46,728 bases of DNA, taken from Prasinococcaceae sp. CCMP 1430. Its lineage: Eukaryota; Plantae; Prasinodermophyta. Numbering within the stretch: position 1 is the first letter of the stretch; every line of letters starts with the position of its first letter. The stretch covers positions 36,481-83,208 of the forward strand of contig RQSC01001147.1 in the NCBI GenBank assembly GCA_013416795.1, read 5' to 3'. The translations under genes were made by a program, and so were the position numbers. Shown piece after piece: positions 1-8,344 of this stretch. The notes beneath the pieces are model-generated. The model was not told the DNA's origin. It was given only the letters and a program-made list of their open reading frames with translations, and searched no databases.

Positions 1-477
1 CGGCGCCGAGCGCTGGCGGCGGCCGCCGACGGCGGCAAGGCGGCGGGCGGCAAGAAGCGCGGGCGGGGCTTCGGTGCCTCCTCGGACCCGGTGCAGGATG
101 CGCTCATCTCGGGTCTGAGCGAGGTCGCGCAGACGTCGGGGCGGACCCCGAGCACCCCGACGACGGTGCTCGGCGCGGCCACGGACGACGAGGCCAAGTG
201 GGCCGAGCTCGACGCCAAGGTGAACGAGTACCCCATCCTGCGGAGCTTCAAGGCCATCGGCACGGGCGGCGACGACTTCGTGGCGGCGATGGGCGCGGCG
301 GCCGCCGGCGCGCTGGGCCGAGACGCGCTCGCCGCCGAGCAGCTGAGCGCGCGCCCGTCCTCCGGCGGCAAGTACATCGCCGTCACCGTCGGGCCGCTGC
401 GCATCGAGTCGTCGGAGCAGCTGCAGGCAGTGTACAAGGCCATGCAGGCGGACGGCCGCATGAAGTACTTCCTGTAG
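1..477 (+). CDS. DUF493/YbeD-like small protein, probably plastid-targeted; 5' partial
   Basis: Frame is open from base 1 to TAG at 475-477. The segment EYPILRSFKAIG...RPSSGGKYIAVTVG...SEQLQAVYKAM...MKYFL follows the DUF493 pattern. GC3 is strongly biased. Confidence 0.75.
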   Translation, partial: RRRALAAAADGGKAAGGKKRGRGFGASSDPVQDALISGLSEVAQTSGRTPSTPTTVLGAATDDEAKWAELDAKVNEYPILRSFKAIGTGGDDFVAAMGAAAAGALGRDALAAEQLSARPSSGGKYIAVTVGPLRIESSEQLQAVYKAMQADGRMKYFL

Positions 478-1083
478 GAGGGAGGGAGGGAGGGAGCGCC
501 GCGCCCGCGTCCGCGCTGCCGCGCGCCGCGTAAGAATGGCGTGGAGGCCCCTTGCTGCGGCGGCGGATCCCCCGCCTCCACACAGACGCGCGCGCGCACG
601 CACGCACGCGCATCGCCCGATCGACCCCACACGACGGCCGCGCCTTCCCCCACCCCACCCCCCGCGCCGCCTCGCCGCATAGGCTGCGAGCCAGCGCGAG
701 TCGCCTCGCCCGGCGACCGGCCACATAGGACCTCCTTTGTGATTCGCCTGATCATTCTATTAAAGTGGCAATGAGTTCACACTTTACACGCCAAACAATC
801 GGAAAGGCTGGTCGGAAAAGCCGAAGGAGGCCCCAACGAAAAAAAGCGCGGGCGGGTGTGAATTTCGGCGATCGCACCCGCGTTTCGGCCGCTGGTCGCT
901 CCCATCAAAACGCCTTCGCGCCCGCCCGCGCGCGTCGCTGCGGCGCGAGAAAGCGCTGCTGGCCGCCGCGCGCCCTCGTCCGGGTTGCGTCGGCGGCGCC
1001 ACACCGCGCGTGAGGGCGAGGGCAGGAGCGGCCGCGCCGCCCGCGCGNGCGGCCACGCGCGCGCCGGCCGCGCGCGCGCACGC

Positions 1084-1320
1084 CACCAGCCACACAGGGC
1101 CCACGCACGCACGCACGCGGGCACGCACACACGCTTGTACACACACGCACACACACGCGTGTACTCACGCACACGCGTGTACACACACACAACGCGTGTA
1201 CACACACACACGCGTGTACACACGCACACACACACGCGTGTACACACACACACGCACACACACGCACACACACACGCACACACACCGGCACAAAGTCACA
1301 CACAGTCGCACACGCACGCG
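1084..1320. repeat. Composite (CA)n/(CGCA)n purine-pyrimidine tract with five ACGCGTGTA units
   Basis: Directly visible near-continuous RY alternation with embedded palindromes ACACGCGTGT and GTGTACAC. Confidence 0.9.
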
Positions 1321-1528
1321 CGGTGACGCGCCCGCACACAGCAGGGCTCGCACGGCCGTGATGAGGGCTTTTGTGTGGGTATCAGGCGCGGGGCGGCTGC
1401 GATGCGTGATGATGGCGCGCATTCCGTTTGATGGTCGGTTTCAAGTGGATCGATGTTTGGAGTGGCGTGGACACCCGACGACAACAAACAGCACCGCCAG
1501 CCAGCAGCCATCCAACGACAACAACAAC

Positions 1529-1546
1529 AAAAAAAAGGCCAAAAAA
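1529..1546 (-). terminator. RNA polymerase III oligo-T terminator of the tRNA-Arg gene
   Basis: T6 (1546-1541) and T8 (1536-1529) on the minus strand, about 25 nt downstream of the predicted discriminator base. Confidence 0.7.
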
Positions 1547-1570
1547 GAGGCTCGACGCGGACCCGCAATT

Positions 1571-1720
1571 CGTCAACGACGGGAATTTCGTCTCGAACCC
1601 CCGATGCACATCCGGGTGGTGTCGTGAAAACCTCGAAGTCGCGCGGCGCCGCGCGCGCGGCGCCGGTCCCGCAATCCCCGGATTAGAAGTCCGATGCCTT
1701 GTCCATTAGGCCACGAAGAC
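1571..1720 (-). tRNA. tRNA-Arg(UCU) with two non-canonical T-loop introns; exons 1720-1668, 1637-1632, 1584-1571
   Basis: Spliced 73-mer GTCTTCGTGGCCTAATGGACAAGGCATCGGACTTCTAATCCGGGGATTGCGGG|TTCGAG|TCCCGTCGTTGACG. D-stem GCCT/AGGC; anticodon stem TCGGA/TCCGG with TCT at 1687-1685; T-stem GCGGG/CCCGT; acceptor stem 5/7 paired; G73. BHB-like motifs at both introns and oligo-T downstream. Confidence 0.85.
1590..1599 (-). promoter_or_regulatory. B-box-like element GGTTCGAGAC inside tRNA intron 2
   Basis: Matches the Pol III B-box consensus GTTCRANNC. The gene's native B-box is split by the introns. Confidence 0.55.
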
Positions 1721-1815
1721 ATCCCGCGGAAGCGCGCGCGCGAAAGCGCGCCCGCGCCGCGGAAATCAGCGCGTCGGCGCTGGTCGCGAGAATGGACCGG
1801 TCGAGCTCGCGGTAG

Positions 1816-1824
1816 TTAGGGTTT
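1816..1824 (-). promoter_or_regulatory. Telo-box-like AAACCCTAA about 95 nt upstream of the tRNA
   Basis: Exact AAACCCTAA on the minus strand, plus a second partial CCCTAA at 1835-1840, in an AT-richer patch. Confidence 0.45.
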
Positions 1825-1984
1825 TGAAATACTATTAGGGATATGTACATGGGAAACATGGAGGTCAAAACGCATTGCTCTTCGTCTCTGAACCCCACGC
1901 ACAACCCCAAACATCGCGGCGCCCGGCCCGGGCCGCCGCGGGGCTCTCGTCGTCCTGTCGCCGCGCGCGCCGCCACTCGGCGCG

Positions 1985-2788
1985 NNNNNNNNNNNNNNNN
2001 NNNNNNNNNNNNNNNNNNNNNNNNNNNNNNNNNNNNNNNNNNNNNNNNNNNNNNNNNNNNNNNNNNNNNNNNNNNNNNNNNNNNNNNNNNNNNNNNNNNN
2101 NNNNNNNNNNNNNNNNNNNNNNNNNNNNNNNNNNNNNNNNNNNNNNNNNNNNNNNNNNNNNNNNNNNNNNNNNNNNNNNNNNNNNNNNNNNNNNNNNNNN
2201 NNNNNNNNNNNNNNNNNNNNNNNNNNNNNNNNNNNNNNNNNNNNNNNNNNNNNNNNNNNNNNNNNNNNNNNNNNNNNNNNNNNNNNNNNNNNNNNNNNNN
2301 NNNNNNNNNNNNNNNNNNNNNNNNNNNNNNNNNNNNNNNNNNNNNNNNNNNNNNNNNNNNNNNNNNNNNNNNNNNNNNNNNNNNNNNNNNNNNNNNNNNN
2401 NNNNNNNNNNNNNNNNNNNNNNNNNNNNNNNNNNNNNNNNNNNNNNNNNNNNNNNNNNNNNNNNNNNNNNNNNNNNNNNNNNNNNNNNNNNNNNNNNNNN
2501 NNNNNNNNNNNNNNNNNNNNNNNNNNNNNNNNNNNNNNNNNNNNNNNNNNNNNNNNNNNNNNNNNNNNNNNNNNNNNNNNNNNNNNNNNNNNNNNNNNNN
2601 NNNNNNNNNNNNNNNNNNNNNNNNNNNNNNNNNNNNNNNNNNNNNNNNNNNNNNNNNNNNNNNNNNNNNNNNNNNNNNNNNNNNNNNNNNNNNNNNNNNN
2701 NNNNNNNNNNNNNNNNNNNNNNNNNNNNNNNNNNNNNNNNNNNNNNNNNNNNNNNNNNNNNNNNNNNNNNNNNNNNNNNNNNNNNNNN
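1985..2788. other. Scaffold gap (804 N)
   Basis: Run of N. ORFs spanning it are artefacts. Confidence 1.
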
Positions 2789-2882
2789 GCCACCCACGGG
2801 CACGGGCACGGCCACGGCCACGGCGCCACGGCCACAGCGCCACGGCCGCGGCGCCACGGCCATGGCGCCACGGCCGCGGCCG
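2789..2882. repeat. Degenerate CCACGG/GCGCCACGG tandem repeat at the gap edge
   Basis: Repeated cacgg/ccacgg/ccgcgg units are directly visible. They may have caused the assembly gap. Confidence 0.7.
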
Positions 2883-3250
2883 ACGAGGTCCGGCATGCGT
2901 CCATCCAAACCCGGCACTTACAGTCCCATCCCGACACTCCGCGGCGCCACCGCCACGGGACCCCCTTCCCCCCGTCCGACCAGCGGAGAGGATCAGGCCG
3001 TCCTGCGCTTCCTGGCGCCGCCCTTGGCGCTGTTCATGAGCTGCGCGTGCGTCGGTGCCATGCTGCGCGGCGGAATGTACGGCAGCTGCGGCATGTTCGC
3101 GCGGCGGCGGATGAGCTCCGGCCCGCGCTCCTTCAGCTCGGCGACTGTCCTCGTGCCCAGCACACGAAAACACACACTAAACACTAAGACGCGCTCGACT
3201 CCCCCGCCAAACCGAACCCCCCACCGCAGCGGCCACCGCCGTCCGTCATC

Positions 3251-5806
3251 ATGGGGCGCAACAGCAACAAGCGCCGCAAGGGCGGCCAGCGCACGCAGAA
3301 GCGCGACTTCAAGAAGGGCGGCGGCGGCCGCGAGGGCGAGGCGAAGCGCAGGCGGTACGACGCCGACCCCGCGCAGCGCGCGGCCAGCGCGCAGGCGTCG
3401 GAGGCGTTCATCGAGTACTACAAGGCGCAGAACATCGTGGGCGAGGCCGACGGCGAGTGGGACGCCCTCGTGGCGTGCATGAAGACGCCGCTCCCGGCGT
3501 CCTTCCGCATCAACGGCAGCGGGCAGTTCGCCGCGGGCGTCAAGGCGGGCTTCGAGAGGCGCTTCTCGGGGCTCATGGGCGCCAGCGCCGACGGCGACGA
3601 GGGCACCAACAGCTACACGGACGACGCCGGCGAGCGCGTGGTGGTGCCGCCGCCGCGCGCGCTGCCCTGGTACCCCGGCGGCCTCGCGTGGCAGGTCAAC
3701 CTCAGCCGCCACCAGCTGCGCCGCCTGCCGCAGTTCGCCGAGCTGCACGAGTACATCAAGCGCGAGAACGAGGTGGGCACCATCACGCGGCAGGAGGCGG
3801 TGTCCATGATACCGCCCCTGCTGCTGGACGTCCAGCCGCACCACAACGTGCTCGACATGTGCGCCGCGCCGGGCTCCAAGACCTTCCAGCTCCTCGAGAA
3901 GCTCCACGCGGGCGAGGGCGAGCCCACGGGCATCGTGGTGGCCAACGACGTCAACGTGCAGCGCTGCCACCTGCTCATCCACCAGACGAAGCGCGTGAAC
4001 AGCGCCAACCTGCTGGTGACGCAGCACGAGGCGCAGTCCTTCCCCATGGTGGGGCGCCGCTGGGTGGAGGGCCGCCCCGACGACTCGGAGGCCGTGCGCT
4101 TCGACCGCGTGCTGTGCGACGTGCCGTGCTCGGGCGACGGCACCATCCGCAAGGCGCCCGACATCTGGCGCAAGTGGAACGTCGCGAGCGCCAACGGCCT
4201 CCACCGCCTGCAGACGCGCATCGCGCAGCGCGGCGCGCGCCTCCTGCGCGTGGGCGGGCGCCTGGTGTACTCCACGTGCTCGCTGAACCCCATCGAGAAC
4301 GAGGCGGTGGTCGCCGAGCTGCTGCGCTCCTCCAAGGGCGCGCTCAAGCTGCTCGACGTGTCCGCCGAGCTCCCCGAGCTGCGGCGCAACCCGGGCGTCG
4401 GCGAGTGGCGCGTCAAGGGGCGCGACCGGTGGTACGGCACCCTCGCCGACGTCGACCACGACCGCGACCGCATGGTCAGCGCCAGCTTCTTCCCGCCCAA
4501 GGACTACTACGACCCGGACGTGTACGACGAGGCGCTCGCGCAGGCCAAGGCCGCCGCCGAGGAGGAGGCGAAGGAGAAGGCGGAGGAGGCGGAGGACCAG
4601 GCGCAGCAGCAGAAGCGCTCGCCAGAGGACATCGCGATGGAGACCGCGCGCGCCGTGGCGGCCAGGCAGCACGCGGAGCTCCCGCTGCCGCTGGAGCGCT
4701 GCATGCGCCTGCTGCCGCACCACCAGGACACCGGCGGCTTCTTCGTGGCGGTGATGGAGAAGGTGGCCGAGTGGCCCAAGGACGTGCGGAGGAAGATCGG
4801 CGCGAAGCAGGCCATCGCCGCGCTGAGGGGCGAGGCCGACCCGGCGGAGCTCGCGCGCGTCGCCGCGGAGGAGGAGCGGAGGCAGGCCAAGGAGAGCGCC
4901 GAGAAGGACGCCAGGATCGCGGCGAAGAGGAAGGCCGAGGAGGAGGAAGCGGCGGCGGCGGCGGCGGCCGAGGGCGGCGCGGGGGGGGCGCAGGAGGGCG
5001 CCGCGGCCGGCGCGGCCGACGGGGGCAAGTACAAGGAGAAGCGGCAGGGGCACCACAAGGGCATCGACCCGCTGATCATGTACAATGACGCGGCGGTGAA
5101 CGCCAGCATACGCGCGTTCTACGGCCTGGCGGAGGGCGCGTTCCCGATGGAGAGCCAGCTGCTGGTGCGCTCGATAGGCGGGCTGCCCAAGCGCATCTAC
5201 TACGTGTCCAAGCCCGTGGCGGATCTGATCGCGCTCAACGAGAAGACGCACGAGCTGAAGGTGGTGGTGGTGGGCGTCAAGATGTTCGAGCGCCAGGAGG
5301 TCAAGGACGGCAGCGTGGCGTGCGCGTACCGGCTCGCGCAGGAGGGGCTCAGCTGGCTGGAGGGCGTCATGACCAAGCAGGTGCTGCGTCTCACCCTGGC
5401 CGAGATGCACACGATGCTCGCCACGCGCTCGCAGCCGCGCCACTACTTCGAGGGCGCCACGGGCGAGGCGTTGGACGCCCTCTCCAAGGGCTGCTGCGTC
5501 ATCCGCCTGCGCGACGGGGAGGCGCTGCCCGAGGGCACCGTCGCAGGCGCCGCGCCCGTGTCCGTCCCCTGCTGGAAGGGCCCCGCCAGCCTGAACCTCC
5601 TCATCACCTCCACCGACGCGCACGTCATCCTCGAGCAGCTGGGCGGCAAGAAGGAGAGCGAGCCCAAGGTGGACAAGCCCGCCGAGGCTGCGGCGGCCAA
5701 GGTCGAGGTCGAAGGTGAGGGGCCCGCCCAGGCGAAGGCCGAGGGGCCCGCCCAGGCGAAGGCCGAAGGAGAGGGCGCGCCCGCGCCGATGGAGGCTGAG
5801 GCGTAG
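3251..5806 (+). CDS. NSUN2: tRNA (cytosine-5)-methyltransferase, NSUN2/Trm4 family; intronless, 851 aa
   Basis: Motifs VLDMCAAPGSKT, VVANDV, FDRVLCDVPCSGDGT, GGRLVYSTCSLNPIENEAVV and LPHHQDTGGFFVAV. Confidence 0.95.
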   Translation: MGRNSNKRRKGGQRTQKRDFKKGGGGREGEAKRRRYDADPAQRAASAQASEAFIEYYKAQNIVGEADGEWDALVACMKTPLPASFRINGSGQFAAGVKAGFERRFSGLMGASADGDEGTNSYTDDAGERVVVPPPRALPWYPGGLAWQVNLSRHQLRRLPQFAELHEYIKRENEVGTITRQEAVSMIPPLLLDVQPHHNVLDMCAAPGSKTFQLLEKLHAGEGEPTGIVVANDVNVQRCHLLIHQTKRVNSANLLVTQHEAQSFPMVGRRWVEGRPDDSEAVRFDRVLCDVPCSGDGTIRKAPDIWRKWNVASANGLHRLQTRIAQRGARLLRVGGRLVYSTCSLNPIENEAVVAELLRSSKGALKLLDVSAELPELRRNPGVGEWRVKGRDRWYGTLADVDHDRDRMVSASFFPPKDYYDPDVYDEALAQAKAAAEEEAKEKAEEAEDQAQQQKRSPEDIAMETARAVAARQHAELPLPLERCMRLLPHHQDTGGFFVAVMEKVAEWPKDVRRKIGAKQAIAALRGEADPAELARVAAEEERRQAKESAEKDARIAAKRKAEEEEAAAAAAAEGGAGGAQEGAAAGAADGGKYKEKRQGHHKGIDPLIMYNDAAVNASIRAFYGLAEGAFPMESQLLVRSIGGLPKRIYYVSKPVADLIALNEKTHELKVVVVGVKMFERQEVKDGSVACAYRLAQEGLSWLEGVMTKQVLRLTLAEMHTMLATRSQPRHYFEGATGEALDALSKGCCVIRLRDGEALPEGTVAGAAPVSVPCWKGPASLNLLITSTDAHVILEQLGGKKESEPKVDKPAEAAAAKVEVEGEGPAQAKAEGPAQAKAEGEGAPAPMEAEA

Positions 5807-5955
5807 GCCGCCGGGGAGCGGTGCGGAGGAGCGCGACGGACGTAACTCTCTTATTACAGCACGCGCGCGCGCGCAGCCGAAGGAAGGCGCGCGGGGGCAC
5901 GTGGGACGCGCGCGCAACGCCACGCCACCCCCCACCGACGTCGCGAGCGAGCGAG

Positions 5956-7095
5956 CTAGCTCGCCGCCCGGCCGTGCTTCTGCAGCTGCTCGGCGTCGAT
6001 CTGCGCGAGTGCGGGCAGCGCGTCCACCAGCCGCTGGTGGTACACCGGCGAGGCGCCCGCGGGCGTGCGCTCGAGGTACACAGTGGACAGCGTCGGCAGC
6101 GACGCGCGCAGCGCGTCCGCGAGGCCCTCCAGCGCGCTCACGGGCACCTTGGTGTCGTTGAGCCAGAGGTCCTCCAGCTGTGGCAGATCCGCGAGGCCGT
6201 CGAGGCTGCCGATGGGGTTGTCCGCGGCGTCGAGCAGCAGCACGGGCAGGCCGTCGAGCCCTTCGAGCCGCTCGACTCCGTTCTGGCTCACGCTGAGCTC
6301 CTCGAGCGGCGCCCCGCAGCCGGCGCCCGCGCCCTCCGCCGGGCCGAGCGCGGCGAGCGCGGCCGTGCTCGTCAGGCGATTCGCTTGCAGGCTCAGGCGG
6401 CGCAGACGGGGCATCGCGCGCAGCACGTCAGGGTCCGCCACGGTGATCTTGTTTGAGCCGAGCCAGAGCTCCTCGAGCGCGCCGAGGCCCTCCATGCCCT
6501 CCATGGTGCGCAGCCGGTTCGAGCCCAGCTCGAGCACGCGCAGCGACGCGCGATTCGCGATGCCCTCGGCCCTCCTGATCTTGTTCTTGGCCGCGTAGAG
6601 CTCGGCCAGGCACGGCGGGGCGCGCGCGAGCGGCTCGAGCGAGCGTATCCCATTGTATGAGATGTCGAGGTGCGTCAAGTGCCGCAGCGCGTCGAGCGGC
6701 GGGCACTCGCTCAGCAGGTTGTCGCGCAGCACGAGCGTCGTGATGCCCGCGCACGCGGCCGCCGCCGTCACGCGTGCGGCGCCCTCCAGGAGATTCTTGC
6801 GCAGGGAGAGCGAGGCGAGGCGTGCGCCCGCGTCGGCGTCTTCCAGCACACACGCAATCGCGCTCTCGTCGAGGCGGTTCCCGGTGAGCTCGAGCTCCTC
6901 CACGCCGGCGGACACGCGGACGCCCGCCAGCGACGGCAACTGGCGGTAGCCGAGGTCGATGACGCCGTCGAGCACCTCGTACTCAACAGCGTGCTCGGCG
7001 TCCGACGCTTCCGCCTGGAGGCCGGGCGCCGCCGCGGGCGGCGCCCTCTCCCCCAGCGGCTCGCCGCCCGAGCCCGCGCCCACCTCGCCGTCCAT
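5956..7095 (-). CDS. Leucine-rich repeat protein, Sds22/PPP1R7-like (379 aa)
   Basis: ATG at 7095. Tandem SDS22-type LRRs (LTHLDISYNGIRSL, LRVLELGSNRLRTM, LEELWLGSNKI) and a cap LYLE.TP..Y...L...LP.L.QID-like segment. Confidence 0.8.
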   Translation of the reverse strand: MDGEVGAGSGGEPLGERAPPAAAPGLQAEASDAEHAVEYEVLDGVIDLGYRQLPSLAGVRVSAGVEELELTGNRLDESAIACVLEDADAGARLASLSLRKNLLEGAARVTAAAACAGITTLVLRDNLLSECPPLDALRHLTHLDISYNGIRSLEPLARAPPCLAELYAAKNKIRRAEGIANRASLRVLELGSNRLRTMEGMEGLGALEELWLGSNKITVADPDVLRAMPRLRRLSLQANRLTSTAALAALGPAEGAGAGCGAPLEELSVSQNGVERLEGLDGLPVLLLDAADNPIGSLDGLADLPQLEDLWLNDTKVPVSALEGLADALRASLPTLSTVYLERTPAGASPVYHQRLVDALPALAQIDAEQLQKHGRAAS

Positions 7096-7182
7096 CGCAC
7101 CCTCCGTCCTCGGGGGGGTACGGCCGCGCACGCGCCGCGCGACCGCCCGCATGCCAACGCGCGCGACGACGTGGACGATGCC

Positions 7183-8179
7183 ATGGAGAGCGACTACGAC
7201 GCCGAAGCTGTCGGCGCGAACGAGGGGGGGCGCCCGAGGCTGGGGGAGCCTCGCGCGGCGGCCGCCGCACCGGTGCGCGCCGGCGTGGACGACAGCGTGT
7301 GCGTGGCGCCCGTGGATCCCGCGAGCACGGCGGACATCATCGCCGCACACTTTGGCACCTGCGGGGCCGTCTCGCGAGTGACGAACACCGGCAAGCTCTA
7401 CGCCTGGGTGCAGGTGCGCGCGCGCGCACCCCGCCTGCTGTGAGGAGGGACCTGCTGCTGCGGGGCGCGCCTGCGGCGCGCGCGCGCGCACGGCCGCTGA
7501 CTCGCTCGGCCCGCCGCTCGCGCAGTTCACGCACTCCCCGTCGGTGGAGCTCGCCCTCGAACTCGATGGCACGACGCTCGGCAGTCGCCAAGTGCAGATC
7601 AAGCGGAAGAATGAAGCGAGCGTGCTCGTCCGCGAGACGGAGACGCAGGCGGCGGCGATGGGCCTCGCGGGGAGCGCGAGCTTTTACCCCGCGACTCGAG
7701 GCGGCGGGGCGGGGGGCGGGCTCAGAGGACGCGGGCTCGGAGGAGGCGGGCTCGGAGGAGGCGGGCTCGGAGGAGGCGGGCTCGGAGGAGGCGGTGGGGG
7801 GGGCGGAGGAGGCGGGCTCGGAGGAGGCGGGCTCGGAGGAGGTGGGCTCGGAGGGGGCGGGCTCGGAAGAGGCGGTGGAGGGGGCGGACTCAGAGGAGGT
7901 GGTGGAGGAGAAGGGCTCAGGGGAAAGGGATGGACCGCTAGGAGGTCGACTGGAGCAAAAGAGATGCGTAAAAACGCGGCCCGTAGTCGTACACCCGCCG
8001 GGGTCGCGTACCACTGCTACGGCACTACTAGGACTACTACTCGAGTGGCGAGGACGGCGGGCGAGGCGAGCGTCGCCGAGAGGCACGGAGAGCGACGCGA
8101 GCGCTACCGAGGCCGCGACTTGGAAGCCCACTCACGGGGACACCCACTCATTATTACTACAGCAACGACTTCTTCTTGA
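7183..8179 (+). CDS. RRM protein, PABPN1/PABN-like, with Gly-rich tail; exons 7183-7413 and 7526-8179
   Basis: Spliced RRM DDSVCVAPVDPASTADIIAAHFGTCGAVSRVT...YAWVQ|FTHSPSVELALELDGTTLGSRQVQIKRK resembles the PABPN1 RRM. The intron has a GTGCGC donor, GCTGAC branch point and CAG acceptor. Confidence 0.7.
7716..7925 (+). repeat. 15-bp GGCGGGCTCGGAGGA tandem repeat encoding (GGLGG)n
   Basis: About seven near-exact units plus degenerate flanks. The G-rich strand has G-quadruplex potential. Confidence 0.9.
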
Positions 8180-8344
8180 ACGCACGAATGCAGCCCGACA
8201 CTCACTCTAGAGCCGCCGTTTGAGCTCTTATTCTGCCGCATGTAAGCTCTTACGGTATGGATGTTGTAAGCAGAGCGCGCTTGAGTGGGGGAGTGGGTGG
8301 CAATCTATCGGGTTGGCGGCGATCGCAGCCGCCAGCTGGCGCGC

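Noticed and set aside
746-762. GATCATTCTAT resembling U3 snoRNA box A
   Set aside because: No box A', B, C or D at suitable spacing.
1358-1364. C-box-like RTGATGA motifs (also at about 17902 and 23440)
   Set aside because: No CTGA D-box or terminal stem at snoRNA distance.
1592-1597. Second TTCGAG as the tRNA middle exon
   Set aside because: It would leave a 7-nt intron that cannot form a BHB. The first copy gives a complete BHB.
1683-3482. Long ORFs spanning the N gap
   Set aside because: Open only because N codons are never stops.
5717-5767. 24-bp tandem duplication at the NSUN2 3' end
   Set aside because: Ordinary slippage in a low-complexity tail.
2993-5935. 980-aa minus-strand ORF, and similar ones at 10133-13528, 17830-19710 and 21385-23472
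   Set aside because: Antisense shadows of real genes caused by high GC3; no recognisable motifs.
7337-8131. Minus-strand (SEPAS)n ORF
   Set aside because: Reverse reading of the Gly repeat; the plus strand has the RRM and a canonical intron.
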